A DNA stretch of 64,000 nucleotides from an uncultured Pseudomonadota bacterium (lineage in GTDB: Bacteria > JAMCPX01): positions 11,049 through 75,048 of the forward strand of contig CAZJPN010000050.1 of NCBI GenBank assembly GCA_964547905.1. The letters are read 5' to 3'. Both the position numbers and the translations under genes were made by a program. The notes under the pieces are model-generated. The model did no database searches. It was not told the DNA's origin and saw only the letters and a list, made by a program, of their open reading frames with translations. Shown here piece after piece: positions 16,271 to 26,033 of this stretch (position 1 is its first letter; each line of letters begins with the position of its first letter).

Positions 16271-17779
16271 TCATCGTTCATTTTTATAATTTATTATAAT
16301 TTCTTGAATTAACGCTTCTATAGTATAAGACGAAGGCTGAATTTTGACTTCAAGCCCCATATCATGAGCAGTCTTTGCAGTTATAGGTCCTATGCAGGCT
16401 ATATCGGCATGTTCGAGTATATGAAATGCATTCTCCCCGAACATATCAAAAAAATTGGTTACCGTTGACGAACTGGTAAAAACAGCGATATCCACGCCCT
16501 CTTTTAGATAAGGCAGTATATCCTGTCTTATTTCTGCCCTGATTGTTTTATAAACAGCGACAACATTCACCTTGGCTCCCATTTTTTTAAGTTCATCCAC
16601 AAGGATCATCCTTGCTTCCTTAGCCCTCGGTATAAGAATTTTTTTACCGTGCACCTCACCGTTTAGCAAGGTAATAAGTCCTTCTGCCCTGAATTCTTCC
16701 GGCACATGATTTACCCTTATTTTTAGATCTTCTATTGCCTGTGCAGTCTTAGGACCGATTGCCACTATCTCTGCATTCCCAATTTCCCTTATATCTTTTC
16801 CGGATCTCCACAACCTGTCTACAAACCTACCGACTGCATTTGCACTCGTAAATATTATTATATCATAAGTATCAAGCTCTGTTATGGCATTATCAAGAGG
16901 CATAGAATCATCAGGAGTTGCAATCTGTATGGTTGGCTGCTCTATAACAAATGCACCGAGCCATTCGAGAGACTGCCTCAAGATTGAGCTGTCCGTCTCC
17001 ATCCTTGTGATTAGCACCTTCTTGCCAAACAAAGGGAGATTCTCAAACCAGTTCAGTTTATCACGCAGCGTAACAACTTTACCAATAATGATAAGCGCCG
17101 GCGTAATGAAAGGCTTATGGCTTTCCTCAAGTATATCTTTTAATGTACATACAGAGGTCGACTGCATGGGCATTGTGCCCCATCGGATAACAGCTACGGA
17201 ATCATGTATGTCTCTTCCTTTGCTTACAAGCTTCTGTGTTATTTGTTTTATCTGCGCAACACCCATCAACACTACAATCGTGTCAATTTTAGCAATGGCA
17301 TCCCAGTTGTGTTCATCGATACCGGCTGCCGTATGTTTATGACCGGTTATTATCACCACAGAAGACGACAGATCGCGGTGGGTAAGCGGGATACCGGCAT
17401 AGAGAGGAACTGCATTTATCGATGATACACCGGGAATAATCTCAAACTCGATCCCCTCTTCCGCAAGCGCAACGGCTTCTTCCCCTCCTCTTCCAAAGAG
17501 GAATGGGTCTCCGCCTTTAAGTCTCAACACATTATGACCGGCCATTGCTTTATCTATAAGTATTCTGTTGATCTCATCCTGAGACTTTATATGTTCCCCT
17601 GCCATTTTCCCAGCGTATATAAGCTCGGTTGAAGGACCTGCATATCTGAGCACCTCTTTGTTGATGAGATGATCGTACACTATCACATCCGCAGTCTTTA
17701 TGTGATTTATAACCTTCAGAGTGAGAAGTTCTGCATCCCCTGGACCTGCACCGGCTATGTATACTTTACCTCTCTTCAT
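16271..17779 (-). CDS. cobA-hemD: Bifunctional uroporphyrinogen-III C-methyltransferase / uroporphyrinogen-III synthase
   Basis: N-terminal SUMT domain (VYIAGAGPGDAELLTLK…) fused to a HemD-like C-terminal half. 502 aa. Confidence 0.85.
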   Translation of the reverse strand: MKRGKVYIAGAGPGDAELLTLKVINHIKTADVIVYDHLINKEVLRYAGPSTELIYAGKMAGEHIKSQDEINRILIDKAMAGHNVLRLKGGDPFLFGRGGEEAVALAEEGIEFEIIPGVSSINAVPLYAGIPLTHRDLSSSVVIITGHKHTAAGIDEHNWDAIAKIDTIVVLMGVAQIKQITQKLVSKGRDIHDSVAVIRWGTMPMQSTSVCTLKDILEESHKPFITPALIIIGKVVTLRDKLNWFENLPLFGKKVLITRMETDSSILRQSLEWLGAFVIEQPTIQIATPDDSMPLDNAITELDTYDIIIFTSANAVGRFVDRLWRSGKDIREIGNAEIVAIGPKTAQAIEDLKIRVNHVPEEFRAEGLITLLNGEVHGKKILIPRAKEARMILVDELKKMGAKVNVVAVYKTIRAEIRQDILPYLKEGVDIAVFTSSSTVTNFFDMFGENAFHILEHADIACIGPITAKTAHDMGLEVKIQPSSYTIEALIQEIIINYKNER

Positions 17780-17781
17780 AT

Positions 17782-18681
17782 CTATAAACCAACCAACCTT
17801 GATGCACCTGACTTCAACAGTTCTTCTGCAAGCCTGACACCTGTGTTATATGCTTGTTCCTTTGCTCCGGTAACATTGCTTTGATAAAAAGCATTGCCCT
17901 GCGTATCTGCAATAAATCCTGTCATTTCAATATCATTATTAATTATAGCGGCATGTGCACCTGCTGGTATCTGACAACTGGCTCCCAGACGTGCTACGAA
18001 CCCACGCTCTGCAGAAGCCCTATAAAATGTCTTGTTATCATTTAATTTATCGATAAAAGTTTTTAGGGCGCTATTATCTTTATGTGCTTCTACGGCTATG
18101 ATCCCCTGCCCTGCAGCAGGTATTATGTCCAGCTTTTCCATGAATTCCGGTTTTATACCAAGCCTGTTCACGCCTGCATACGCAATGACAATGGCATCGT
18201 ACTGTCCCGCCATCAATTTCCTTATCCTTGTATCAATATTGCCCCTGAGCATATCAAACCTTAGCCCCGCATTCATCCTCTTTAATTGTACTATTCTCCT
18301 CAGGCTCGTTGTGCCGATAACAGCATCAGCTTTTAAAGCAGCGAGTGTTGTCCTCTTATTGAAAACAATGGCATCCCATGGCTCTTCAGCAGGCGGTGTT
18401 GCAGCTATGTATAGTCCGTCCGGTATCTCTGCTGGCATGTCCTTCATACTGTGTACGGCAATATCAACTTCTTTTGACAGGAGTGCTTTTTCTATCTCTT
18501 TAACGAATAGGCCTTTGCCGCCGATATCGGTCAGCGATACATCCTGTATGGCATCTCCGGATGTCTTTATTATAACCAATTCTACATCTATGGCGATGTC
18601 CGTCTTTTCGAGAAGCGTCTTTATATAATTTGCTTGCCATAGGGCAAGTTTACTACCTCTTGTACCAATCCGTATCTTCAT
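17782..18681 (-). CDS. hemC: Hydroxymethylbilane synthase (porphobilinogen deaminase)
   Basis: MKIRIGTRGSKLALWQA N-terminus. 299 aa. Confidence 0.9.
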   Translation of the reverse strand: MKIRIGTRGSKLALWQANYIKTLLEKTDIAIDVELVIIKTSGDAIQDVSLTDIGGKGLFVKEIEKALLSKEVDIAVHSMKDMPAEIPDGLYIAATPPAEEPWDAIVFNKRTTLAALKADAVIGTTSLRRIVQLKRMNAGLRFDMLRGNIDTRIRKLMAGQYDAIVIAYAGVNRLGIKPEFMEKLDIIPAAGQGIIAVEAHKDNSALKTFIDKLNDNKTFYRASAERGFVARLGASCQIPAGAHAAIINNDIEMTGFIADTQGNAFYQSNVTGAKEQAYNTGVRLAEELLKSGASRLVGL

Positions 18682-19937
18682 ATCTTAAATATCTTCTTCA
18701 ACAACGTTATATCCTTCAAAACTTCACCTCTTCTATGAACATTCTTTATCTCCGTAATAGGCTCGTGCAGGATCTTATTTACTATACCTCTTGACATGGC
18801 ATCAAGCACTTCTATATCTTTTTTTGCAGGCTTTTCCAACTTTGATATTGCCTCTTTCAATTCCTGCTGCCGTATAGCTTCGAATTTATCTTTCAAAGAT
18901 ACGATCGTTGGAACCAATGATAACTCGCCAAGCCAGTTCAGAAACCTGTTGACCTCTTCCTCTATAAACCGCTCTGCTTCTCCGGCAGCTTTTCCCCTTT
19001 CCCTCATGTTCTGGCTTGTAACACCTTTAAGATCGTCTATATCAAAAAGGAATATGCCTTCAAATGCGGATATCGAAGGCTCTATGTTTCTTGGTACCGA
19101 TATATCTATAAAAAAAAGCGGTTTATGCTGTCGTGCCTTTATTATCTTCGCCATTCTGTCGTTCGTGATAAGGTAATGATCTGCTGATGTGGAGCATATA
19201 ACAATATCGACATCCATAAGTTGATCGTACAACTCGTCAAATTCAACTGCACTGCCCTTTAATCGTCCCGCAAGCTCAGACGCATGCGTATATGTTCTGC
19301 TCAATACGATCAGTTTCGTTGCACCGGCATCCCTGAGATACTTTGCTGCATCCTCTGCCATTTCTCCTGCACCCATAAGGAGTACATTCTTTCCGCCCAA
19401 TCTGCCAAAGATTTTTTTTGCAAGCTCCACGGCGACGGAACTCACGGAAACGGTGTACAACCCAATCGTGGTAAACGTCCTTACCTTTTTTGCCACTCTG
19501 AACGCCCTATGCATAAGCCTGTTTAATATCGGACCTGTCGTGGAATTGTATGATGCGATCTTATAAGCGTCTTTTGTCTGTCCGAGTATCTGTGCCTCTC
19601 CAATAACCATAGAATCAAGGCTGCTTGCGACCCTGAATACATGGGTTACGGCATCCCTGTCTTCATGCATAGAGAGATAAGAAGAGAGTGATTTTTTATC
19701 TATACCTCCGAACCTGCTCATAATGTTCATTATTACATCCATGTTTTTTTCGGCGTCCTCGCAAACGGTATAAAATTCTATACGGTTACATGTTGACAGT
19801 ATGATAGCCTCGCTTATCTCAGGAAAAGACAAAATTTCCTTAAGAATGGAAGGAATCTGTTCTTCCGTAAAGCTGAGTTTTTCTCTCAACTCTACAGGCG
19901 CTGTTTTATGGTTTAATCCTACAACAAGAAGTTTCAT
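18678..19937 (-). CDS. hemA: Glutamyl-tRNA reductase
   Basis: MKLLVVGLNHKTAPVELREKL N-terminus. NADP-binding Rossmann region. 419 aa. Confidence 0.9.
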   Translation of the reverse strand: MKLLVVGLNHKTAPVELREKLSFTEEQIPSILKEILSFPEISEAIILSTCNRIEFYTVCEDAEKNMDVIMNIMSRFGGIDKKSLSSYLSMHEDRDAVTHVFRVASSLDSMVIGEAQILGQTKDAYKIASYNSTTGPILNRLMHRAFRVAKKVRTFTTIGLYTVSVSSVAVELAKKIFGRLGGKNVLLMGAGEMAEDAAKYLRDAGATKLIVLSRTYTHASELAGRLKGSAVEFDELYDQLMDVDIVICSTSADHYLITNDRMAKIIKARQHKPLFFIDISVPRNIEPSISAFEGIFLFDIDDLKGVTSQNMRERGKAAGEAERFIEEEVNRFLNWLGELSLVPTIVSLKDKFEAIRQQELKEAISKLEKPAKKDIEVLDAMSRGIVNKILHEPITEIKNVHRRGEVLKDITLLKKIFKI

Positions 19938-19940
19938 AAC

Positions 19941-20744
19941 TTAAAAATTGTGATAACCTTTGAATATAAAGTTAACCCCTATAAAACTGAATAAAACGAG
20001 CAGGAAACAAAAAATCGACACCCACGCAAACTTTTTCCCCCTCCACCCAAGGCTTATGCGTCCATGAAGTATAAAAATATATGCAAACCATATAATCAGT
20101 GACCAGGTTTCCTTTGGATCCCAGTTCCAGTAGCTTCCGTATATCCTGTCAGCCCATAGGGCACCTGTTATTATACCGAGGGTCAAAAACGGAAAACCTA
20201 TCGTCAATGTCTTATATGCCAGATCGTCGAGTATAAAAAGAGATGGCAGCCATTTTGTAATCCAGATAATGCGTTTATGCTTTAGCCATGTCTCCTGTAA
20301 AATATACATGATTGAAGAAATGAAGGATAACGCAAAAAGGCCATAGGATGTTATCGATAGCAATACATGAATGGGAAATATATCGGTGTTAAAGATGGGG
20401 CTTAATTCTTTTGTGCTGCCCTTCAACAGCATAAATACAATGATCAGTATGATAACGAACGGTGTGGAGAAACCAATGATCGAGGTAGTTCCTCTGAATA
20501 TTACCGATACGAGTATGGCTCCGACAGCAAGCGCCCACGCAAACATAAATATGGCATATTTTAATGAAAAAATGGGGAATATGCCCGAACTTTTGTAGAA
20601 CAACAATAGTATCCCCGTCTGCAAGATAACACCGAGTATAATACCGACAAGTGCAGCTATTTCCAGTTTTTTATCCCTGTAAAAGGCATACCCAATACTC
20701 ATTGCCGCAGCAAGGATATAAAATATAAGCGTTAGTATCATCAT
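19941..20744 (-). CDS. Cytochrome c assembly protein (CcsA/ResC/HemX-like polytopic membrane protein)
   Basis: Eight predicted TM helices with a Trp-rich WxxxW region (…WNWDPKETWSLIIW…). Position within the hem operon. Confidence 0.65.
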   Translation of the reverse strand: MMILTLIFYILAAAMSIGYAFYRDKKLEIAALVGIILGVILQTGILLLFYKSSGIFPIFSLKYAIFMFAWALAVGAILVSVIFRGTTSIIGFSTPFVIILIIVFMLLKGSTKELSPIFNTDIFPIHVLLSITSYGLFALSFISSIMYILQETWLKHKRIIWITKWLPSLFILDDLAYKTLTIGFPFLTLGIITGALWADRIYGSYWNWDPKETWSLIIWFAYIFILHGRISLGWRGKKFAWVSIFCFLLVLFSFIGVNFIFKGYHNF

Positions 20745-20808
20745 TTTAATTCATCAACCTGAAAACCGCATTTATTATTTTCCGATGTTCATACCTCAAG
20801 CTTCACGA

Positions 20809-21474
20809 CTAAAGCCCGGCTATTTTATCTCCCGTAAAGGATGAGATAAAATTATCTATAAACCGCCTTAACGACTTTGAATCATTCTTTTTTATATATC
20901 TTGATAGCCTTCCAATAGAAAGCTTATTGAGCGTCTGTTCAATGTTTACTTTAACTCCGCTTTTCTTTATTTTTAACAACCTGCTTCTAATCTTTATAAT
21001 ACTATGAATGAGTTTCATATATTCCGTATTTAACAATTTATCAATCCTTTTTTTTAATAGTACTGTTGCATAAGGGGCAAGGCCGTTTGTTGAAACCGTT
21101 ATTGTAACCTTGCCTTTTTTCATCATAGCAGGCATTATGAAATCACAATAAACAGGCGTATCAACAACATTTGTGAGGATATGCCGTGGCCTTGTATCCT
21201 GAAAAATTTTTTTGTTTACATAAGTATCGTTCGTAGCCGCATATACAAGATACATACCTGCGAGGTCCGAAGACCTGTACGGCCTTTTTATAAGTTCAAT
21301 CTTATTCTGTATTTTTAATTTTAATACGGGCTTTATAGAAAACGGAGCAACAACCTTTACCCGCGCGCCCGATTTTATCAATTGTACGACTTTCCGGTAT
21401 GCAACACTACCGCCGCCTACAACCAGGCAATGCTTCTTATTTATGTTTAAAGAAATAGGATAATATTTGTTCAA
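20809..21474 (-). CDS. Precorrin-2 dehydrogenase / sirohydrochlorin ferrochelatase (SirC/CysG N-terminal domain type)
   Basis: VVGGGSVAYRKV…SGARVKVVAP NAD-binding motif typical of the sirohaem synthase N-terminal domain. Confidence 0.75.
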   Translation of the reverse strand: MNKYYPISLNINKKHCLVVGGGSVAYRKVVQLIKSGARVKVVAPFSIKPVLKLKIQNKIELIKRPYRSSDLAGMYLVYAATNDTYVNKKIFQDTRPRHILTNVVDTPVYCDFIMPAMMKKGKVTITVSTNGLAPYATVLLKKRIDKLLNTEYMKLIHSIIKIRSRLLKIKKSGVKVNIEQTLNKLSIGRLSRYIKKNDSKSLRRFIDNFISSFTGDKIAGL

Positions 21475-22070
21475 AAGCTGAGCCCGAATCCCATACTGAG
21501 GAATATGCCGTTCATATGTATACTGTCTATCTTTGCTATCGTTACCGGCAGGTACTGATAGCCCATATCGATATTGAATAACCAGCTTGGTAATTGCGAG
21601 CTCATGAGTACATCAGCACCTATGCCTGCCCTGAACCCAAAAGCGGAACTATCGCTGGTTGCCGTACTGTCTGTATACCCGGTGGTTGAACTGATCGTCG
21701 TATAATTTAACAGCGAGAATACATAAGGATCAAAGGGGTAGTTGCTGATCGGGTTTACCCTGACACCGGCATCAAACGAAGGCATAACGGTTATCCTGTC
21801 CACGGCAACACCCTCGCCATTATTCACCATAATAGTCTGGCCTGACTGCTGCGCTGTCCTTCCCCTGAGATCCATGCAAAGCCAGTTATGGTATACGTTG
21901 AAATCATAACCGAGCTGAAACGTTGTCGATGGATCTGAAAGCACACTCAGAGGCTGTGAAAAATTAAGGTTGTCCGAAGAAAGGGTAATCGTACCAGCCT
22001 TTACACCGGTCGCACCCAATACCGTCGCAGACAATATTACCATTATAATAGATATTTTTTTCATTCGGCA
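21471..22070 (-). CDS. Outer-membrane beta-barrel protein
   Basis: Signal peptide MKKISIIMVILSATVLGATGVKA. Beta-strand-rich composition. C-terminal …GFGLSF. Confidence 0.65.
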   Translation of the reverse strand, partial: CRMKKISIIMVILSATVLGATGVKAGTITLSSDNLNFSQPLSVLSDPSTTFQLGYDFNVYHNWLCMDLRGRTAQQSGQTIMVNNGEGVAVDRITVMPSFDAGVRVNPISNYPFDPYVFSLLNYTTISSTTGYTDSTATSDSSAFGFRAGIGADVLMSSQLPSWLFNIDMGYQYLPVTIAKIDSIHMNGIFLSMGFGLSF

Positions 22071-22117
22071 CATCTGTTTCATATTTTTTTAATATACTTC
22101 TTTTTTACCTGACAGTC

Positions 22118-22216
22118 CACCCCGTTAGAAAATTCTCATTATTACATGCATTATAATTTATCATTTAAAAGCCGTCAGACCCGGATACCATTAATTCATA
22201 TATTTTCTAACGGGGT
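22118..22216. repeat. Long-range inverted repeat CCCCGTTAGAAAAT … ATTTTCTAACGGGG (14-bp arms, ~71-nt loop)
   Basis: Perfect 14-bp arms at ~22118-22131 and ~22203-22216, in the spacer downstream of the SARP-like remnant. Confidence 0.55.
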
Positions 22217-22232
22217 AAACCTCTTGACACTC

Positions 22233-25126
22233 TCATACCTGCTTCTTTGATTTTATGATACTTTGATACAGCTCTTTTGTTTTATCCGACGGTTCTATGT
22301 CAAGCGTTTGAGATAAGATCGCTACACAGCGCTTATACGTAGCAACAGCCTCGGCATAGCGGCCCAGAGATTTATAGATTATCATCAGACACTGGTAAAA
22401 AAGCTCTACGTGGTTATCCGCTTCTAAACTTTTTTGATATGTTAAGATTGCATTGCGCATCTCTCCGGCACCATCATAATACATGCCCAATTGTTCAATA
22501 AAACGTGTAAACCTGTCGTGCAACTTTTCTCTAAAACTTATAGCCCATGATGGGAGTGCATCCTGTGTAAAAAAATCTCCTCTATATGTGTCAAAGATGC
22601 GCCTTTCCATGGCTTTAATCTCTTTCTGCTTTTTTGATAAGTCCTTACCGGTTAACAGTGACTCCATTTTGTCTAAAAGATGCTCAAATGCCCGCACATC
22701 CACCCAGCATTTTTTTGTATTCAGCATAAGCCTGCCTGCCTGTGAAATCACGGCATCATTGGAACCGAGCAGTTTCCTTAACCTATGGATGGTCGTTTCC
22801 AATGTCTGGTGGGCATAATCACCCTGGGCCTCTGGCCACAAAGCGCTGCTTATTTGATCAAGCCCGACTGCTCTTTCATAATTAATGATCATGAATTGCA
22901 GCAACTCGATGGGCTTAAGCTGTGCTTTCCTGGATAATGCAATCTGCGTATCTTCCTTAAAAATCTTAAAATTGCCGAGGGTATAAAACCTAAACGCCTA
23001 TGGCCAATCTTCGCATCCCAGGGGAGGCGTGTCAGGCATAAGGTTGCGCCTCTCTATAAGACTTCTGACATACTCTTTTTTGATTCCATGCTCAAGTGCC
23101 TTGACACAGAGCCGTGCCATGACAGACGGACGCCAGCCCGGAAAGTTTACATATCCCATATCCTGCCCGAGCTGCATTGCCCTGCGGAGAAATCTCAAAC
23201 CCGATCGTTCTTTGTTTTGATCAAACGCAAACAAGGCTTTTACGACAAGATACATATATCTGAAATGCCTCTGTTTGCTGACGATTCGAGACGTTTTGTT
23301 GAGATAGTACAATGCCATGGTATCGTCCGAAAGTTCATGCAGACCTGAGCCATTTGTACAGAGCTCATTACCATCAGATTTACGTCGCCTGATTCGATAG
23401 CCGGGGTCATGCCCATGTTCTGGATGTTGTATGCAGAAGCAAAATCCTCTCTCATCATTGCCTCCTCGGTTAATTTCATATAATAGGTGGCACGATCATA
23501 AACTCCTGTCTGATCTATGGTTTTAGAAATCTTTTGTAAAAACTGTCTTCCAAGCGGGATATTCCCGGTGCTCATCATCCATGCGGCACCAAACGATATG
23601 AGCATATGATCCATGACGTGTATCTCCGTGGTTTCGGCTAACTGTATCCCATCATTTAATGCCTTGAATTCAGGGTCAGAAGCTACGGTATAATAGTTGT
23701 AGAGGACTTCTATGATTTTAAATACAAGGAACGTCATAGGAGATATCCGGTTTGAATACTCCAGGTCTTTCAACGGTGGCAGGACCGTTTCCTCCATTCG
23801 GATATCACCTATTGTTGAGAAGTGAAGGGCTATATTGGTACTTAACTGTACTCTCATATCGGGGTTATTCGTGTTTTGTAAAATAAGCACAGCTCATTTC
23901 AGCCATTTTTTAATCCTGGGATTGTATTGCTGTCTGAAATTCAGGGCGTAAAACATCTTGATTACCGCTATTTCTTCTGTTTTTGTGGCAGGAAAGCCCT
24001 TCCATTTTTTCACAAGCTTTTCCATAATATTGATCCATGGATCGTGAAGCCTTAACTTTCCAAACCCATACGTGATGGAATCGGAAACCCCGGTCCATGC
24101 TATAAATATTCCGTTCCTGTCTTTATTCTTTGTGAACAGCTTGAATGACTTCTTAAAAAGAACATAGCTCTCTTCGGGATTGAATGGCAGTCTGCATGCG
24201 CCGAGCCAGTATTGTAACCATGGATTACCCTCTATGATATCATCCGGTAAAGCCTTAAGCCATGCCTCCAACGTACGGTTTCTACCTTGTGAAATAAGAT
24301 CAAATGCGTTTTTAAGTATTAACCTTACAGCTTCGGACCAGTCCTTGGATTGCAAAAAAAGCGTGACCGCATCCTCAACATATCCCGATTCTTCCAATAC
24401 CTTTGCGGCATTTTGTTGAATTCCCGTGAGCTTTTCGTAATTCCACCTGCTCCGCGTCTTCGATAGCAGGAATTCCCTGAACAGGTCATGGTACTTGTAG
24501 GTATTGTCCTGATGCTTGATGGTAAAATAATGAGAGCCGATAAGGTGAGCGAGATCTTATCGGATGATTGTTTCCCCGCCATCCGATTCGCCATCTTCAC
24601 GGTCATGGACGGAAAAAAAGGACGCTCGCAGGAGGAAATCCTGTGCCGACGGATCCGTTTTATCGAAAATCTCGGCTGAAAAATAATCAAAGATCGATTG
24701 ATAGTCCTTCAGACCGCCCTTTCCGACGGCCTCTACCCCCATCTTGTGCTGTTCAAGCATAAGCACGAGTCCGGCAGCCCAGCCGTCTGTCCAATTGTGC
24801 AGCTTCTCTACCGTCTCCCGGTTGTGACCATTGCCGGAACGCAGTTTGATCAGTGCTCCCGTTTCATCGGGCGTAAACTTGATCTCCTCATTGCTGACGA
24901 CAGCCAGCACGCTGTCTTCCCTCAGACGCGAGAATATGCCGGGAGGTTCCGTCCGGCTGATCACCATGACATTGCCGCTCGCGGGAATCCTCATCAAAGC
25001 CTCATTCAGAACATTATGGAACGCGGAGTTACCGTTGATCTCATGATAATTATCAAACATGAGGACAAAACCTTCGGGCAGCATGCCGTAAAGGCTCTCA
25101 AAAAATCTATGCGTATATGTGCCGAT
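22233..25126 (-). pseudogene. Decayed large regulator: MalT-like STAND NTPase plus helical repeats fused to a C-terminal SARP-type wHTH-BTAD; 5'-truncated, three in-frame nonsense codons and one frameshift
   Basis: Reverse-strand reading gives a MalT-like Walker B (FVLMFDNYHEI), TDGWAAGLVLM…, SHYFTIKHQDNTYKYHDLFREFLL and WLQYWLGACRL. The same frame then runs into FRFYTLGNFKIF…LKPIELLQFMIINYERAVGLDQISSALWPEA (OmpR/SARP wHTH) and a BTAD helical domain. In-frame stops: TAA at 24557-59, TGA at 23894-96 and TAG at ~22995-97. There is a frame change within 23240-23318. No P-loop can fit before the upstream stop at ~25127. Confidence 0.6.
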
Positions 25127-25184
25127 TTATAGCCAACAAAGATAGATTTTTTTTATTGTATGCGGTAGAAAAAGTCAATGCAAC

Positions 25185-25211
25185 TCAAAAGAAATGCATT
25201 TTTTCGGGTTA
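25185..25211. repeat. Post-stop palindromic element, copy at the ABC permease 3' end
   Basis: gaaaTGCATTTTTTCGGGTTAAtg. The TTA at 25209-11 is the permease stop codon. Confidence 0.7.
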
Positions 25212-26033
25212 ATGTATCAGGGTTGGATACAGGCGTCTTGCTGTCAGGAGAAAAACGATAAAAACGAACACCATGACAACGAGATCAAAACCAAAGCTGT
25301 GAACGCTCTGCCCGCCTTTAATCATGAGGCTACGAAGAGCATCTACAAGATACGTCAATGGATTAAATCTCGCAAACCACCGCAGCCATGGAGGCATGAG
25401 TTCGAGCGGATAGATCGCATTACTCGCAAAGAAAAGCGGCATCGTCAGAATCTGCCCTATTCCCATAAAGCGCTCGCGGGTTTTTACTATGCAGGCAATT
25501 ATCAGCGAAAAGGTAGAAAAAATAGCAGATCCCAGAACAACGCTCAATAAAACACCGCCTATTGCCCATGGCTCCCAACGCAGCGAAATACCCATGGCAA
25601 GCGCTATAAAATAAATAATTACCACTTGCACCAATCCCCTGAATCCTGATGAAACCGCTTTTCCCAGGACAAGTGAAATACGATGTGCAGGGCTTACCAT
25701 AAGCTTGTGGATAATTCCGAGGTCCCTTTCCCAAATAACGGCAATACCATAGAATATGGCGCTGAACAACACGCTTTGGGCAAGGATGCCGGGGGTCATG
25801 AAGGCAATATAACTTACCTGACCTGTCGGTATGCCCCGGACCCGGCTGAATACCTGCCCGAATATCACAAGCCACAACACAGGCTGGACCGCACGCGTAA
25901 AGAGCTCGGTAGGATCACGAACAAGCTTCTTTATTTCAACCTCGGAGATGGCCAGGCTTTCTCTGAAAAACTCAACAAGGAAAAAAGAACTAAGCCAGGC
26001 GGTTTGCCGTTCTGCGTGTTTTTCTGACATCAC
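25209..26033 (-). CDS. ABC-2 type transporter permease
   Basis: Six TM helices. ABC-2 family pattern. Overlaps the upstream ATPase gene. Confidence 0.8.
   Translation of the reverse strand: MMSEKHAERQTAWLSSFFLVEFFRESLAISEVEIKKLVRDPTELFTRAVQPVLWLVIFGQVFSRVRGIPTGQVSYIAFMTPGILAQSVLFSAIFYGIAVIWERDLGIIHKLMVSPAHRISLVLGKAVSSGFRGLVQVVIIYFIALAMGISLRWEPWAIGGVLLSVVLGSAIFSTFSLIIACIVKTRERFMGIGQILTMPLFFASNAIYPLELMPPWLRWFARFNPLTYLVDALRSLMIKGGQSVHSFGFDLVVMVFVFIVFLLTARRLYPTLIH

Noticed and set aside
20745-20808. Possible degenerate copy of the post-stop palindrome (cctGAAAAccGCATTTattaTTTTCCGatg) after the SirC-like gene
   Set aside because: There are too many mismatches and indels relative to the 30-mer to call. 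Listed only as a weak candidate.
22995-24559. Possibility that the in-frame stops in the STAND/SARP gene reflect stop-codon reassignment or programmed read-through
   Set aside because: Three different stop codons (TAA, TGA, TAG) are involved, together with a frameshift and loss of the P-loop region. All other genes in the window use these stops normally, including TAA stops embedded in the post-stop palindrome.
24325-24690. 121-aa minus-strand ORF (Arg-rich, …RRHRISSCERPFFPSMTVKMANRMAGKQ…)
   Set aside because: It is an off-frame overlap of the MalT-like remnant with a low-complexity Arg/Ser-rich composition. The in-frame reading of the same DNA gives recognisable MalT-like sequence.
25194-25550. 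118-aa plus-strand ORF starting in the post-stop palindrome (MHFFGLMYQGW…), and many other 60-170 aa antisense ORFs listed in the track (e.g. 4301-4705, 7880-8389, 18032-18628, 35308-35760)
   Set aside because: All lie antisense to, or out of frame within, well-supported long genes. They lack RBSs and show low-complexity, stop-poor composition typical of shadow ORFs.
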